A stretch of 63,960 nt of DNA, filler included, from Octopus bimaculoides (Eukaryota), in the NCBI RefSeq assembly GCF_001194135.2. It is 7 parts of 6 records of this genome, joined end to end, with 100 filler letters (N's around TTAATTAATTAA, not from the genome) between each part and the next. Parts side by side here need not be neighbours in the genome. Positions count along the whole stretch, not along the records: positions 4,566 to 31,892 come from NC_068987.1; 6 more parts are not named here. One strand, written 5' to 3'. The notes under the pieces were generated by a model that worked only from the letters and a program-made list of their open reading frames with translations, was not told the origin of the DNA and searched no databases. A program made the position numbers and the translations under genes. Each line of letters starts with the position of its first letter. The first letter of the stretch is position 1. Below are positions 13,882-27,929 of this stretch, one piece after another.

Positions 13882-14850
13882 CATACTCTTACATTATATA
13901 CTTTATACTCATTTACTACAATAGCAATTTTGATATATCATGTTTGTGAGTAATATTTAAAATATCTAATATAATAGGAACATAAATAAACCGATATTTT
14001 GTAGGCAATTAGTAATTTGGCAAATGATATAGATCTTTTACTGAAAACATGAACAATAAAATACGAAATTATCAATGCCATATAATACAACGAAGCAGAT
14101 AATATCAAAGTTCAGCTGAATGCTGATAATAACAACGCTAATACTAATCAGTAGTTGACGATATAAGATCAGTCAGTTAAATTAGAATAATTGATTAAGT
14201 TTGAACAATTGATTAAATATATATAAGTATGATGGCCTGGGCGAATGTAGCAATACCGAGTTATAATAATGATGCGATATCGATGTAAAAAAAAAAAAAT
14301 TAATGATGCTATGTATAACATAATCATTTGTAAATAGACTTTCGATAAAGTCATAATATACTTGAGGAAACATGTATATGTATATAAGGTTACGATAGAA
14401 ATATGATCATACTTAGATGAATATAATACAAAGGAGTAAGATCAGCTGCAAGAAATAATCCAATTGTTAATGAATAAAGTTAAATTAAAGTAACAATGGG
14501 AATTTATTACTTGTAAACCCTATTTTAATTTTATTATATAAAATCATTATGATTCTTAATATTTCTAAGTAGATATTACCAAGTATTTGCATTTACCTGT
14601 ATTAATATCAATATTTGTAACACTCAAACAAGCTACTGTTCATATTGACACTATCCTGCATCATCTTAATCACAACTATAGCTATGAATTCTTTCTGTTG
14701 TATATTAATTAAAACCACAAAATGTTATGCTTGCACTGAAAGGCGTTTTATATCTATATTACTTAATACATTTTGATTTGCCCTTAAAATCTCAAGGGTT
14801 TCACGAGTACATAATTAACAATCTTACTTATGGACATATTTTGTTTAACT

Positions 14851-15116
14851 CAGTGGTTTCCAATGTGGGTGGCATTGTTCCTCTGGGGGTGGTAGAAAGA
14901 ATCAAGGGGACGCTGTAGAAACATGGAGACGTTAACGAGGTGTCTCGAAATAACAAAATAATACGATAATTAGGTGAAGTTTTATTTATGAAATACAGTT
15001 GTTTCGAATTTGATGCAGAAAGTGGTCTATATTTGTGGTGGTAAGGAGGTGGGGTGAAAGGGATGTGGGCTGGGTTTGAAAGGGGTGGCAGCTCTTAAAA
15101 AATGTGGGTATCATTG
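14851..15116. mobile_element. hAT-Charlie-like MITE
   Basis: cagtggtttccaa .. tgggtatcattg termini; TSD only partly preserved. Confidence 0.6.
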
Positions 15117-15202
15117 GTTTTGTGTATATATAATGTTCCGTTTCTTGATTCAGTGTATGCCTAAGGTATTTTTCGATTTTGTTATTATTATTATTATTAT
15201 TA

Positions 15203-15262
<60 letters not shown>

Positions 15263-15329
15263 TCACTGCCTCGAATCGAACTCAGACTCTTGGAGTTAGT
15301 AGCCCACGCTTTTAACCACTACGCCATAT

Positions 15330-15800
15330 ACCCAACTGCATCCCACGCATAATAATCAAGGCGGGTGCAGTCTGGATAGCTAGGTGGCCAGATCTTAGGG
15401 GTGATGTGGTAGCAGAAATTGTCTGACAACCATGACTCGACTCTCCTGTTTGTGTGGCATTTCGCAGAGTCCTGTTCCTAGATATAGTGTCTTCAAGTAC
15501 CCACCGTCTTGATCCAGGGTAACACTACCTCTTCCAGGATCTTGTGGGTAAATGAATGCAGGCGTAACGTCACCATCACTATTGATCACTCCAGACACCA
15601 CGGTGTTGCTGGATGTTAAATTTTTATCACCCTCGTCACATGTCTTCAGATTGCACTGTCCTCAGATTGACAACCAATCAGTCTGAGATGTTCGTATTGG
15701 AGGTTCTGGCGCAAATGCCAAGGAGTACAGTACTTCGTTTCCGAATTTCTGGCTGAGAGAATTGAATTATGGTAATGTTTTTTCTTACACATACTGCTGT
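15330..15800 (-). mobile_element. maT/DD37D-like remnant (same family as 7.6-8.3 kb)
   Basis: VVSGVINSDGDVTPAFIYP..YPDCTRLDYYAWDAV. Confidence 0.75.
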
Positions 15801-17948
15801 ACTGGCCCTACTACGCTGTGTAGTCGACGTGTCTGATCGAAATCCGTCAAAGAGATATAGTTTAGCAATTACCAAATTACGATGAAATAATGTAATAAAA
15901 CAGTCTCATCCACCGGTACTGGCGAAATTTCATCTGCTGGCATAATCTATGTTTTTTAGCATTTAGCGTCTACACAAAATAATTTCTGAAGATTATCATA
16001 GCGGCCTAAATTGCTTTAAAAAATATGCCGAAGTTAAGTTCTGTGTGCAAATTTATATATATATAGACATTATTTCACTTAAGCGTTGCGAAACGAGCAA
16101 CCAGCTGTTAGAACTCAATATAAATACGATTTCGAATAAAGCGTTCGTCCCATATAGGCAATCATACGAAATTAAATAAACGACTAGGAAAGAGGACATT
16201 ATGCATTGGAACTTATTACTTGGCAGCTGTTTCTGCTATAAGATGTCGTGCAAAAAGCAAATGCTTATTTGTAAAATGTGTACAGCGTGGCTTCCCAACC
16301 ACATGGTTCTGAGTTCAGTGCCACGCAAGTGTCTTCTACTATAGCCTTGGGCCTGACCAAAGCCTTCTGAATGGATTTGGTACACGTCGGCAAAAGGACC
16401 GATAAAATGAGTATAAGTACTGGGGTTAATTTGTTCGACTAAAGGCGGTGCTCCAGCATGCTCAGAGTCAAATAATTGAAAAAAGTAAAGGAGTATAGAA
16501 GTCTGTGTGTCTAAAAGACAGTATGTATCTGAACTTGAATTTAACGTACATGACCCAAAATATGTATGCGTTGTATTTTCCATATATATATATATATATA
16601 TATATANNNNNNNNNNNNNNNNNNNNNNNNNNNNNNNNNNNNNNNNNNNNNNNNNNNNNNNNNNNNNNNNNNNNNNNNNNNNNNNNNNNNNNNNNNNNNN
16701 NNNNNNNNNNNNNNNNNNNNNNNNNNNNNNNNNNNNNNNNNNNNNNNNNNNNNNNNNNNNNNNNNNNNNNNNNNNNNNNNNNNNNNNNNNNNNNNNNNNN
16801 NNNNNNNNNNNNNNNNNNNNNNNNNNNNNNNNNNNNNNNNNNNNNNNNNNNNNNNNNNNNNNNNNNNNNNNNNNNNNNNNNNNNNNNNNNNNNNNNNNNN
16901 NNNNNNNNNNNNNNNNNNNNNNNNNNNNNNNNNNNNNAATCTCCTATCAAATTACAATGGAATTTGTTTTTACTAATACGTAGAAAATTTGTCGTTTCAC
17001 GTCTAGATTTGTAAAGTTCTTAATAAATTATTCACGAATATTTCTGAAGATATTTACATGAATGAGCAACATTTGTGAAGAGAAATGTTGCGTGTAATAG
17101 TAAAGTTGTAGGTAGAGATTCCCAGATTAAAGCACTGAGAAATAGATACGGTGCAAGTGAAGAGATAGGTCAGAAAATCTCCAATCATGTTTGATGACAG
17201 CTGAAGATAAGCATTGACAAAGAAGACAAAATTACAGGTAAGGTAAAACGAGAAAGGTTGAGTGGTGACAGGCAAGAAGTAGAAGATAAATAGAAAGGAA
17301 AAAAAAAACGATAAAGGAGGCGAAAATAAATTCGTGTGCAAATGTCTAAAAATGTAAATGTTAGATAATCGTGTGTAGATATATATATGTGTCTGTATTT
17401 GTGTGTATATGAGAGTAATATCGTGCGCTTATATAGAGATGTGTGTATATGTATGTACATAGATATTCACATGCATTGCCACAGATAGATAGATGGATAC
17501 AGATTCGGTCACTTTATTTATTGATCGATCAGTCAAACTATTCCCGCTCTCATTCTCTCTCTCTCTCACTCTCCCACTCTCGCTCTCTCCATCTATATAA
17601 ATAGGTTCACAAAATTGTGTCTATGAATCTGAATGTGAGTAAATGTCTGCATATTGTCCAAGAGAAACCCTGGATGATTGACAAATTTGGGGACAGAATA
17701 TTGAATTTCTGAACAGATGACTGGATCAAAAAGGTAATAAGAGAATACCATCAACTATGAATCTTTAAGAGCTGGATTGAAAGTAATTAATACCAATAGA
17801 TAAAGACAAAAGGCAAGTTTTCACAAGGATCATTTTATTTCCTGTAATATAAAGTATAATTCTCTTGGTAGTTTAAGAATGTCGAATTGATCAACATCTC
17901 TAAATCAGACATAAATAATAAATAGACACCGAGATACACACATATAAG

Positions 17949-17979
<31 letters not shown>

Positions 17980-19035
17980 CACACAGACACACAGACGCAC
18001 ATATATACCTGCATATATACGTAGATACAAACATACATACTCTACCCAGATAAGTACATGTTTATACCTGTAATTATTGGAGTATTGGTATATGTAACAC
18101 ACTGCCTAAATACCAATCTTGAGAAATTATATTTCTCAAAAGCAGAAAGGAGAAAGCTAATTCGAAGACTTTAGATCCAACCCATCATTGTAACTGTAAA
18201 AATCTGTAAAACATTCCGGAAGTTTATAATTTATGTATAAATGACCATGTCTAGACATGCATAAGAATACATACATGGAAGAAAACATACAACTCTGCAC
18301 ATATACATACTTTTCAAAAATACCCTATTGATGTTGAAATTCCAGAGTAAAATGGTATCATTTCTAAGCGGTAGTAAGGTGAACTTCAGGCCAGTTAAAT
18401 TATTTTTGTGACATATTTCAACATCGAATTTGTAAAAGGATCTCTGCTATTTCCATGGAGAAAGAATTCTCGCTTTTGTTTTTCTGAATCTTTAAACTAC
18501 CTCGTTAGGAGATACCGAGGAGAGGTATCTCAAGTAGATTCTAAAGTCATAGCCTTGCCTTAAAACGGGAAAGATCACTGAATGTGTTGCGCTGTTAGAC
18601 CACCTATTTGGATTAAAAACAATAGTATAAGCGTTAAGTTATAATGAGTAAGAAATGAATTTTAGATAAGTTAAAATACGTTTTTGATTTATTTAAACTT
18701 CTAAATACAAATTCACTACAGTTAAGAATGAGAAAAGGAGTAAAACCTAAAACTATTGTAAAGCGTGAAAAAAACGCCATATCTGATCAATATCTGTCCC
18801 TGTCTGACACCCAGACACGTTTATGACTCCTTAACCCTCCTCATTCGACGATACCAAAGAGAGATAACACGAACCGATTCTAAAGATAATATCCCAAAGT
18901 ATCCAACGATTAATGTTATCTTAGACGTGGTTTAAAATCAGTTAAACGTTAGATGAATAGAATAGTTTATTTGCTGCTATTACAATTGTTTCGTTATGAA
19001 TCTTAAGAATTTTTGTTGTGACGTAGACACACGCA

Positions 19036-19171
<136 letters not shown>

Positions 19172-19179
19172 GATATCAA

Positions 19180-19505
19180 AGAAAATGAGAATATCTGTGG
19201 ACAACTACATAGAAAGCGCCAGCTTCTATATCCGGACTATGAATTCATATTCGTACCAATAATAATTAGAGCACTTGGTTTTGTTGAAGGAGAATCTGGA
19301 TAAACTGGAATTTTCAGAAAGAGAAATCGACCGGCTACTTCGTATATTACAAGCGCAATCTATGAGTGGAACAGTAAAAATATGCAATACTTTTCTCAAG
19401 TTCTAATTATTATGAAATTGTCTGTGTTAACTACATCCCTGTGATTGAGTCTTGTATCTTTGTTGGAAACCGGCTCCTCTGTGGAATATTTATATAATTA
19501 AAAAA
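19180..19505 (+). mobile_element. RLE-type non-LTR retrotransposon 3' end (second family)
   Basis: KENENICGQLHRKRQLLYPDYEFIFVPIIIRALGFV..LQAQSMSGTVKICNTFLKF*, then a short 3' UTR and A-rich end. Confidence 0.75.
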
Positions 19506-19634
19506 TACAAGAGAGATACATACACACATATATACACACATACATACATACATACACACATACTTATATATATGTACAAATACGAACGTATAGATCTTGA
19601 TCCATAACTGTTTCCCTAATTTTAATTTGATTAC

Positions 19635-19706
19635 TCTCATTAATGGACGCTGGCTGGTAGCTTGTTCGATCCGTTGTCCCTTCTCTTCCTATTGACTTCC
19701 ATTGAC
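19635..19706 (-). CDS. Isolated candidate exon (GQWKSIGREGTTDRTSYQPASINE)
   Basis: catttgcag/ .. /gtaatc, 72 nt, symmetric phase 1 to 1, GC-richer than flanks. Confidence 0.35.
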
Positions 19707-19973
19707 CTGCAAATGTTAGTCTGAGAGTCTGCCTGATGTATTACTACATTTACATCTCCACTTCTCTGTTGCTTTTAATAAATTGTTAAACTCAAGTGGA
19801 CATTACTGTTTTATGTAAGTTGAAAACGATAAAAACAAAAATCATAACAAATCATAAAAATTAAAGATGGAGTCTATAACAGCAGTTCATGTAAAATACA
19901 CAATCGCTTCAAATACAGACTGTATAAAATATATTGACATATTTTTAGATTCTCCACTTCTCTTGTTTTAATG

Positions 19974-20028
<55 letters not shown>

Positions 20029-20394
20029 TGTGTGTGTGTGTGTATGTATGCATACATACATATATATGTGTGTTGTGTGTGTTGGTCTGTTGGTGTGTGT
20101 AGGTGTGCGCGCGATATGGTTGTATGTTTCATTGGATATGTTTATATATCTCGTAGTTGTACATTTATATAAGAGAGCATCTGTATATATATATATATAT
20201 ACATATTTATATGTGTATGTATCTCTGTTTATGCGTACGTACAAATGTAAATGTGCACCAATGTATGAGTATGTACGTATAAGCATATAAACACTTACAC
20301 ACACTTCCATATTGATATATTGGACTATATATATACACACAAACACATATACACACGCACATACATAGATGTATAGACAGACAGACAGACAGAC

Positions 20395-20477
<83 letters not shown>

Positions 20478-20944
20478 AATGACATATATACTGAAATATA
20501 TGCACATTTGCGTTGCCTGCTTCAACGAATCTCTCTTAGTAGGTTTGCTTTTTAAAAATCACTTTAATATACCATGGAATAATTTTAAAAACCTTGGCTC
20601 AATCATCATTGAAAACTTGATAATTACTACAATTTTCAGAAACAAACCTAACACCGGCAAACACATATATACATATATTTTAGATTCTCATAGAATATTC
20701 ATTGTGGTAAGTGTTTTATATAACGGATATCAGTTGACGCATTGTGAATTTCATTCCAAATTCAGCTTTACTAAGATACATTAACTATGAATATGTCTTC
20801 TATGGTCTACAAACTATGACTTTCTGTTCAATATATCATGTCCTACCTTGTTTGGTTTTGGTCTTTCTGTAGATGTTAATATTTTTATAATAATAGCTAG
20901 AAGTATATGCATGTGTGTGTGTGTGTGTGTGTGTGTTTGTTTGT

Positions 20945-20992
<48 letters not shown>

Positions 20993-20994
<2 letters not shown>

Positions 20995-21373
20995 AGACGC
21001 AATGGCCCAATGGTTCGGGCAGCGGACTCGCAGTAATAGGAACGCGGTTTCGATTCCCAGACCGGGCTTTGTGAGTGTTTATTGAGCGAAAACACCTAAA
21101 GCTCCACGAGGCCCCGGCAGGGTGGTGGTGGCGAACCCTGCTGTACTCTTCCACCACAGCTTTCTCTCAATCTTACTTCCTAGTTCTGTTGTACCTGTAA
21201 TTCAAAGGGTCAGGCTTGTTGCACTGTGTCACGCTGAATATCCCCGAGAACTACGTTAAGGGTAAACGTGTCTGTGGTGTGCTCAGCCACTTGCACATTA
21301 ATTTCACGAGCAGGCTGTTCAGTTGATCGGATCAACTAGAACCCTCGACGTTGTAAGCGACGGAGTGCCAACA
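20993..21373 (+). mobile_element. tRNA-headed SINE, family B, full length, inserted in (GT)n
   Basis: ggagacgcaatggcccaatggtt..gtttcgattcc (A/B-box-like) head. 3' body shared with 43130-43398(-) and 4285-4465. Confidence 0.9.
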
Positions 21374-21779
21374 TGTGTGTGTGTGTGTGTGTGTGTGGAC
21401 GAATCTATTTAAATGTAGGGGTAATGCACAGATCCCATTTCAGTTTCATTGTGTTGTACCTTGGGGAAGTGTCTCCTACTGAAGCACTAGGCCGACAAAA
21501 TATGTGTGAGTAAATTTTGTTAACGGAAACTGAAACACGTACGACGTATAAATATGTGTTTGTGTGCGTGTGTGTGTGTGTATATATATGTGTGTACCTT
21601 TATGTATGTGTTTTCCACCACCCATACACCATCGCTAGCGTTGCTAATTCAAGTGTCCGTTATCGAGCGGTTCACGAATCAGGCGGATGCGAAAACACGG
21701 GAGGAAACGAGATGTTTAATGCAAAATGTGAAACAAGACAAACGTTGAATAAAAACCGGAGACAACAGCAAGAGTTGCT

Positions 21780-23220
21780 TCCCTTAGTCCGTAGAATGCA
21801 AAATTAACCTAGCTGGTGTAGTGCAATTCAATGGTGTTAATGTGAAAGTCTGTCACAGCTGTTCAATCCAGAGAGTATGGTGTACTCCAGTTCTACAGTA
21901 TTAATTTGCCCATGAGCTTGCATTGCCTTAACATTTTGAATCTGGAGTTAGATATGACGGTGGATCTAAATAATGTGCGATCTCTCATCTACACACAGCT
22001 TTCATCTATTTCAGCCATTTACATAAGGCGTAGATTTCACTACTGGATAGTAAATGTTCTGCAGTTTGATCTTTAGAGCTCATACGTCTTGTCCAACTTA
22101 GTGACTTTATTTTTATTTGTGTCTATGGGCCGGAGGGAAGACTGTCGGTTTGTATAACACATTCTAGTATTTCCTCTTCATAAACCGACATAATTTTTCC
22201 TTTCGTTTACGTTAATTTGGAACGCTTTTGTAACTTCACCATCATACTCGAAATTATACACGAGCGAGCAAGCTTCAGTTACATCTGGAAGTGGGCTCTT
22301 GGTGTGGATTGCGAGTGAAATGTCCTTCATAGTGAGGCAGCAGCTGTTTGATATTTCTATCGAAAGTCTATTAACTATCTTCCTGTAATTTTGGCCTAAT
22401 GCGAAATTTTCATCTAATAATACATGAACATTCTTGTCTACATTAGTTTTAACACTCAAGTAGAATGGGAGAGGTGCAAACCATATTAGTTTCCTTTGTC
22501 TATTTTTAAGATTCATATTTTAAAGAGTTGTAAGATATCTTATCTTTGAAGTCGCTGTCACCTAGAGCATAATTATTGAAGGAGACTGATTTATCAAATA
22601 TTTCTTTTAAGGAGCATATATCATGTAACTGATTTTACCAACACATTTTAAAACACTTTGGGAGGTGTCATAAGTGTCTTTATGTATATATGTAAGTTTC
22701 TCATTCGTTTCGTGATAGGCTTTACAAGACAGCAAGTTTTAGAGTAGAGAAATATTTTCCAAGAGTTCAATTTTGGACAAGCTAGAGCTTGCAATAATGG
22801 AAGGTCTAACTGACAACAGCTTTGTATGATTTTTCCCTAACATTTTCGTGTGTATCTTCGTTACAGTCACGGTATAGGTCAATATCGTGGAAGGGAAACT
22901 TGGATATCAATGCGTATAATATATACACACATACAAGATCACAAACGACCGTACTGTAATACGATCCCGTTGATACATTGATCAATTCACTTTCATAGAA
23001 TTTTTAAACACTTTGAGCCCTTACTGAATAGAAGTGTATTTTCTTTATACATGATAATGTTCGTGTCTATGTGGTCAATATAGCCATATTTTTGGCAAAT
23101 TCAGTCGCCTTTTCGAGCAACGATCTCGATAACGTGGGATAAAAATCTACAATATCAGACTGTAAGTTTAGCACTACCTATGACAGTGCTACTATCTGCC
23201 TATTCTTCTTGTGTAGTCGT
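21780..23220 (-). mobile_element. Decayed Penelope-like retroelement (RT + GIY-YIG endonuclease)
   Basis: Frameshifted minus-strand peptides in the expected order: QSDIVDFYPTLSRSLLEKATEFAK; NVSTGSYYSTVVCDLVCVYIL..DIDLYRD (YRDD region); ALGDSDFKDKISY; NRQRKLIWFAPLPFYLSVKTNV..KIVNRLSIEISNSC; SLVY..NYVGL (GIY-YIG). Confidence 0.85.
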
Positions 23221-23699
23221 CTCTGTGATCTGTTTTTTTTTTTTTTTTCTGTTAGTAAAACTACTTCAATCCCCGCTGAATTTATGTCTACAAGTGGGCT
23301 TATTACCGATATCTTAGATTAGTGTAATCTATCATTTTAACTAAGCATTTTAATCTCCCATCAATTTTACTTCATTTGGAGAGAAATTTAGCTTCATCGT
23401 TAATATTATCGCATATATCTATATATTAGCTTTGTTATATTTATTTAGTGGACGTGGTGTCATGCAGTAACTTACCACATAAAATCATTAGTGACTTCAT
23501 GCAGGTTATTGATCTTACCAGAAAATACAAACTTATATTTAGAACATTTAAAATTTCTAATACCAGATTGTAGTTCAACTTGAAAAGGGCTAGAGTACTT
23601 TCGGTATCTTATATTTGCTACTAAATCCAGAAGGTCTGCCTGAAAAGGGACTAAATGTTTTATATTGTGCAGGTATTTATGGGTTTTTAATTCATAGCT

Positions 23700-24324
23700 T
23701 TCTGTGGCAAGGGTGTTAGCGTAGCATCAACAAATAAGCCCGTGTCTGTAGTGTGACCTTGCGTGCCCGGATGCTGCATGCATGATTACCTTTGTTTGAG
23801 AGTTGAGTAGTTGTCACAATGGTTGCATGCAGTTTATGCGAAGTAGTGCGTGGTTTAGCAACGACTAATGATTCCATACCGAATTATCTCTTTACAGTGT
23901 TGTTTTTAAGCGCTTTCTTACCAATCCTCCAACCCATACCACGTCATTTCTTTCATGTAAATTTCTCTCATGTGGTGCTGTTGAACGCGTCCACAGGCTT
24001 AATGTATCACATGGATGTAGTTCCTATGTCTGCTGATTGTTCAGCGTTGTAGCGGCAGCGCCAAAAAGATAGTATATCCACTGAGACCTTTTTGGTGCGT
24101 TCAAAATTCACATACCCACCACCCATATTTCCATGACAAGGTCATGAGCTGCAATATTCCAAACAGGCTCATGACATGTCACTTAGTCAAATTAGCCCTT
24201 CATTTAACCACAAATGTTTTGTCATCAATGCTGCATTCCCCCGTATCACATGTTTCAACTTAAATGTACCATATATATAAACGATGCCATTTAAATCTGG
24301 AGCAACACCGGGTGTGACTGCTAG
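23700..24324 (+). mobile_element. Putative non-autonomous Helitron (3' end confident, 5' end uncertain)
   Basis: Terminates in gagcaacaccgggtgtgactgCTAG-T, the GC-rich subterminal motif plus CTRR end typical of Helitrons. Confidence 0.55.
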
Positions 24325-24356
<32 letters not shown>

Positions 24357-24360
24357 TATA

Positions 24361-24443
<83 letters not shown>

Positions 24444-24459
24444 GTATGTATCTATTATA

Positions 24460-25442
24460 CGACGTGGTTTCAAGAAGTTCCCGGACTAGTTATTTTTAAT
24501 AAAAAATAAGTTATCTACCTAAGAGTAGCATCAACAAATATGCCCGTGTCTGTAATGTGACCTTGCGTGCGCGGATGTTGTATACAGGATTGCTTTCGTT
24601 TGGGAGCTGAGGGTTTGAGATACGTCACATCCTTCGAAATAGCCACCTTGCGCTGCGATACATCGGTCCCAGCGTTCGTGCCACGTTTGGAATCCGGTCT
24701 GGAAATCTATTTCCGAAGCGAGTCGAGGACCTTTTGCAGTTCGCTCTAGAATTCAACAACGACTTTAAAAACGGCAACCTTTGAGCTATCTTTTCCTTTT
24801 GGGGAAGAAATGGAAGTCCGCAAATTATAAATCTGGCGAATAGGATGTGTGTGGAAGCAAAATTTTGTTGCATTTGGCGAGAAATTCGCGAGTGACGAGA
24901 ACTCTATGAGAGGGTGTATTGTCTTTGCGAAGAATCCAATACTTTGCGCTCCACAGGTCCGGTCGCTTTCGCCAAATGTCCTCCCTCAAACGCTTCAAAA
25001 TATCGCAGCAGAACTCTTGATTGACGGTCTGGCCCTGGGGGATGATTTCTCGATGTACAATACCGCAGATGTCGACAAAAACGAAGAGCATGGTCTTGAT
25101 GAGCTACGGCTCTGTGGTATTTTCTTCGGTAGTAAAGGTGAAGGGCTCTCACATTGTGATGACAACTTTCGTCTCAGCGTTGTAACCAAAGCATGCTCAA
25201 TGTCTCTGTAAAAGAAATACCCAGTTTAACGCAAAAGTTCCAAATTCCTGTCAATGACAAAATCTCAGAGTATAGCATACACGTGATCACAAAAGCACTA
25301 ATTCCACAACTTTAGAAGTAAATACAGCGATGTCACTCAGCACACTGCTTCTTGAATGTCACTACTAACCTTCAGTGCGCACGCCACCGTACGCTGTTGC
25401 CGCGCTACAGAACTGCTCCCGAAGCATTTTGATACCACCTCG
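24460..25442 (-). mobile_element. Internally deleted mariner (DD34D-type) element
   Basis: TIRs cgacgtggtttcaagaagttc / gaagcattttgataccacctcg with TA flanks. N-terminal FCVKLGISFTETLSML jumps (about 25190) into the catalytic domain GIVHREIIPQGQTVNQEF..WILRKDNTPSH..YSPDL. Confidence 0.9.
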
Positions 25443-27052
25443 TATATATANNNNNNNNNNNNNNNNNNNNNNNNNNNNNNNNNNNNNNNNNNNNNNNNNN
25501 NNNNNNNNNNNNNNNNNNNNNNNNNNNNNNNNNNNNNNNNNNNNNNNNNNNNNNNNNNNNNNNNNNNNNNNNNNNNNNNNNNNNNNNNNNNNNNNNNNNN
25601 NNNNNNNNNNNNNNNNNNNNNNNNNNNNNNNNNNNNNNNNNNNNNNNNNNNNNNNNNNNNNNNNNNNNNNNNNNNNNNNNNNNNNNNNNNNNNNNNNNNN
25701 NNNNNNNNNNNNNNNNNNNNNNNNNNNNNNNNNNNNNNNNNNNNNNNNNNNNNNNNNNNNNNNNNNNNNNNNNNNNNNNNNNNNNNNNNNNNNNNNNNNN
25801 NNNNNNNNNNNNNNNNNNNNNNNNNNNNNNNNNNNNNNNNNNNNNNNNNNNNNNNNNNNNNNNNNNNNNNNNNNNNNNNNNNNNNNNNNNNNNNNNNNNN
25901 NNNNNNNNNNNNNNNNNNNNNNNNNNNNNTATATATATACAAGATGAATTATATTTACAGGTCAGAAATGCATGATGGATTATTTTCAGTATAAATTCAC
26001 ACATCATCCACTTAGCGCATTCGAGCCATGCATGTAAATATCTTATTTTAGAAGATGTATAAAGAGGGAAAAGGGACTTTAATTTTAGGCCTTTGCATGT
26101 AAGTCCTCTCGAAACTATATTTCTTATCTCTCTCCTTTGTCAATGTTAATTTCAACCGTTCGTATTTTGTTTGCTATCTCAGAAATATTAGTAATAATGG
26201 AATATTATTCAGCATAGTTGACTTAACTTCATTGTCTTAATTTATGCTAATGAATTACAATAATTCTTACAAATCCTTACAATGAACCATTTTACCAGGT
26301 TTACTTTTAATTATACAAGTTGCCAAAAGATTTTGTACATACATGAGGTTCTAATCTTCGGCACGGCAGTTTCTTATTATGCCAATGAGTTTCAAAATAC
26401 ACCAAAACATGTGTCCACATTTCCTTCCACCCTACACGCAAGAAGCAGACTTTCACTTTTTTAACATAAAAAATCTACGAAGTTGTTCTATATTAGTTTA
26501 AAATATCTTCCATTTTAGATATAATTGGAACGCATTTATAAATTTATTGCGAATCCAATGCAATGCCCAAAATTCCATAAATACTTCTGTGAGTATGTGT
26601 GTAAGAGAGAGGGAGAGGTCTCAAAGTAGGTTTACAGTTATTCAACTATCTCCTTCGTATTCATATATTAACAGTTTAGATTTTAATTATAAAATATATG
26701 AAACCATTTAATTAGTTGTAAAATAGAAATTTAAATGTAATAAAATGTTCTAAAAGAAATTGAACGTGTTTAATTGATAACTCTAAGCCTAATTTTGGGA
26801 CAGCCTGTATAGTTTCTTCATAAAATTTGTATAAATGTTAACCTGATGACGTGAGTTTCCCACTTCAGCAAATGTCTCATTAATATTCTTAAAATTTAAG
26901 CATTAATAACACAAATTTAATATTTCTGTAAACATTTATACATACACAAACCGAAACAGACGCACACATACACGCACGCACGCACACACACGCACATACA
27001 TACATATACATGCATATACATACATGCATACATGCGTACCCGTATATGTATG

Positions 27053-27095
<43 letters not shown>

Positions 27096-27721
27096 ATATA
27101 TATACATACATATTTACATTCATTCATAGACACAAATAGATCTATCTACACGTGCGCGCACATATATATATATATATATATACACAACAGACTTATACAT
27201 GAAGGATTATTAATAATCCGGGCAAAATGCTTTATAATGTCTCTATTGGTACACCAGTCTAACAGTATTGTTTAGATTAATAAAGGTGTCCGTGTATACT
27301 TGTGATAGCGTCTGCGGTTATAATTCTTCACCATTTAATATTGTAAATCCATGGTTCTGTTCCATGTTTAGCGGTTCTTACATATAATGTTATACAAGAC
27401 AAGGCATAAATAAACGGTGATTTTATATTTTTCTTTGTTGCTATAAATTGCAAAGTTACGGAGACATGAACACACCAACAGCTTTGCAGAGGTAAGATGC
27501 TATTCTCATTCACTATTTTTTTTCCTATCATACCTTTATTAATTTAGTGATTCTTCTGTGGATTAGGATTATTTTGTCTTTTATTTTTAACGAAACAGGT
27601 GCTTATATGGTACACTAGTATATATAAACATATTTATATATCTCATATATACAATTATTAATTTTGCATGTATGGCTTTTACCCTCGCGGCCACAACGGT
27701 ATTAGTTTTAGGAATAATAAT

Positions 27722-27825
27722 GTAAATACACTAAAAAGACCTAAAAAAGTACAAAGTAATAAATATTAAAATATTAATATAGTAAAATAGTATATATTTA
27801 TTAAAGGTCTTTTTAGTGTATTTAC
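27722..27825. repeat. 21-bp perfect inverted repeat around a 62-nt AT-rich spacer
   Basis: gtaaatacactaaaaagacct (27722-27742) / aggtctttttagtgtatttac (27805-27825). Confidence 0.85.
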
Positions 27826-27893
27826 TTATTAAATGTTTCTATATGTGATAGTGGATTTTCATGGATGAATTAAATAATTGTATTTTTTTCTCT

Positions 27894-27929
<36 letters not shown>

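Noticed and set aside
12063-13949. Duplicate ORFs beginning MAKIDRTQMCVDKP on opposite strands
   Set aside because: Products of the non-coding inverted arms of the fold-back element running into gaps.
20993-21070. tRNA gene candidates at SINE heads (also 29284, 35087)
   Set aside because: A/B-box-like heads continue into SINE bodies and do not close a cloverleaf.
21640-21700. Hammerhead-like remnant downstream of the Penelope ORF (ctgattc..cgata)
   Set aside because: Both core segments are mutated; cannot be supported.
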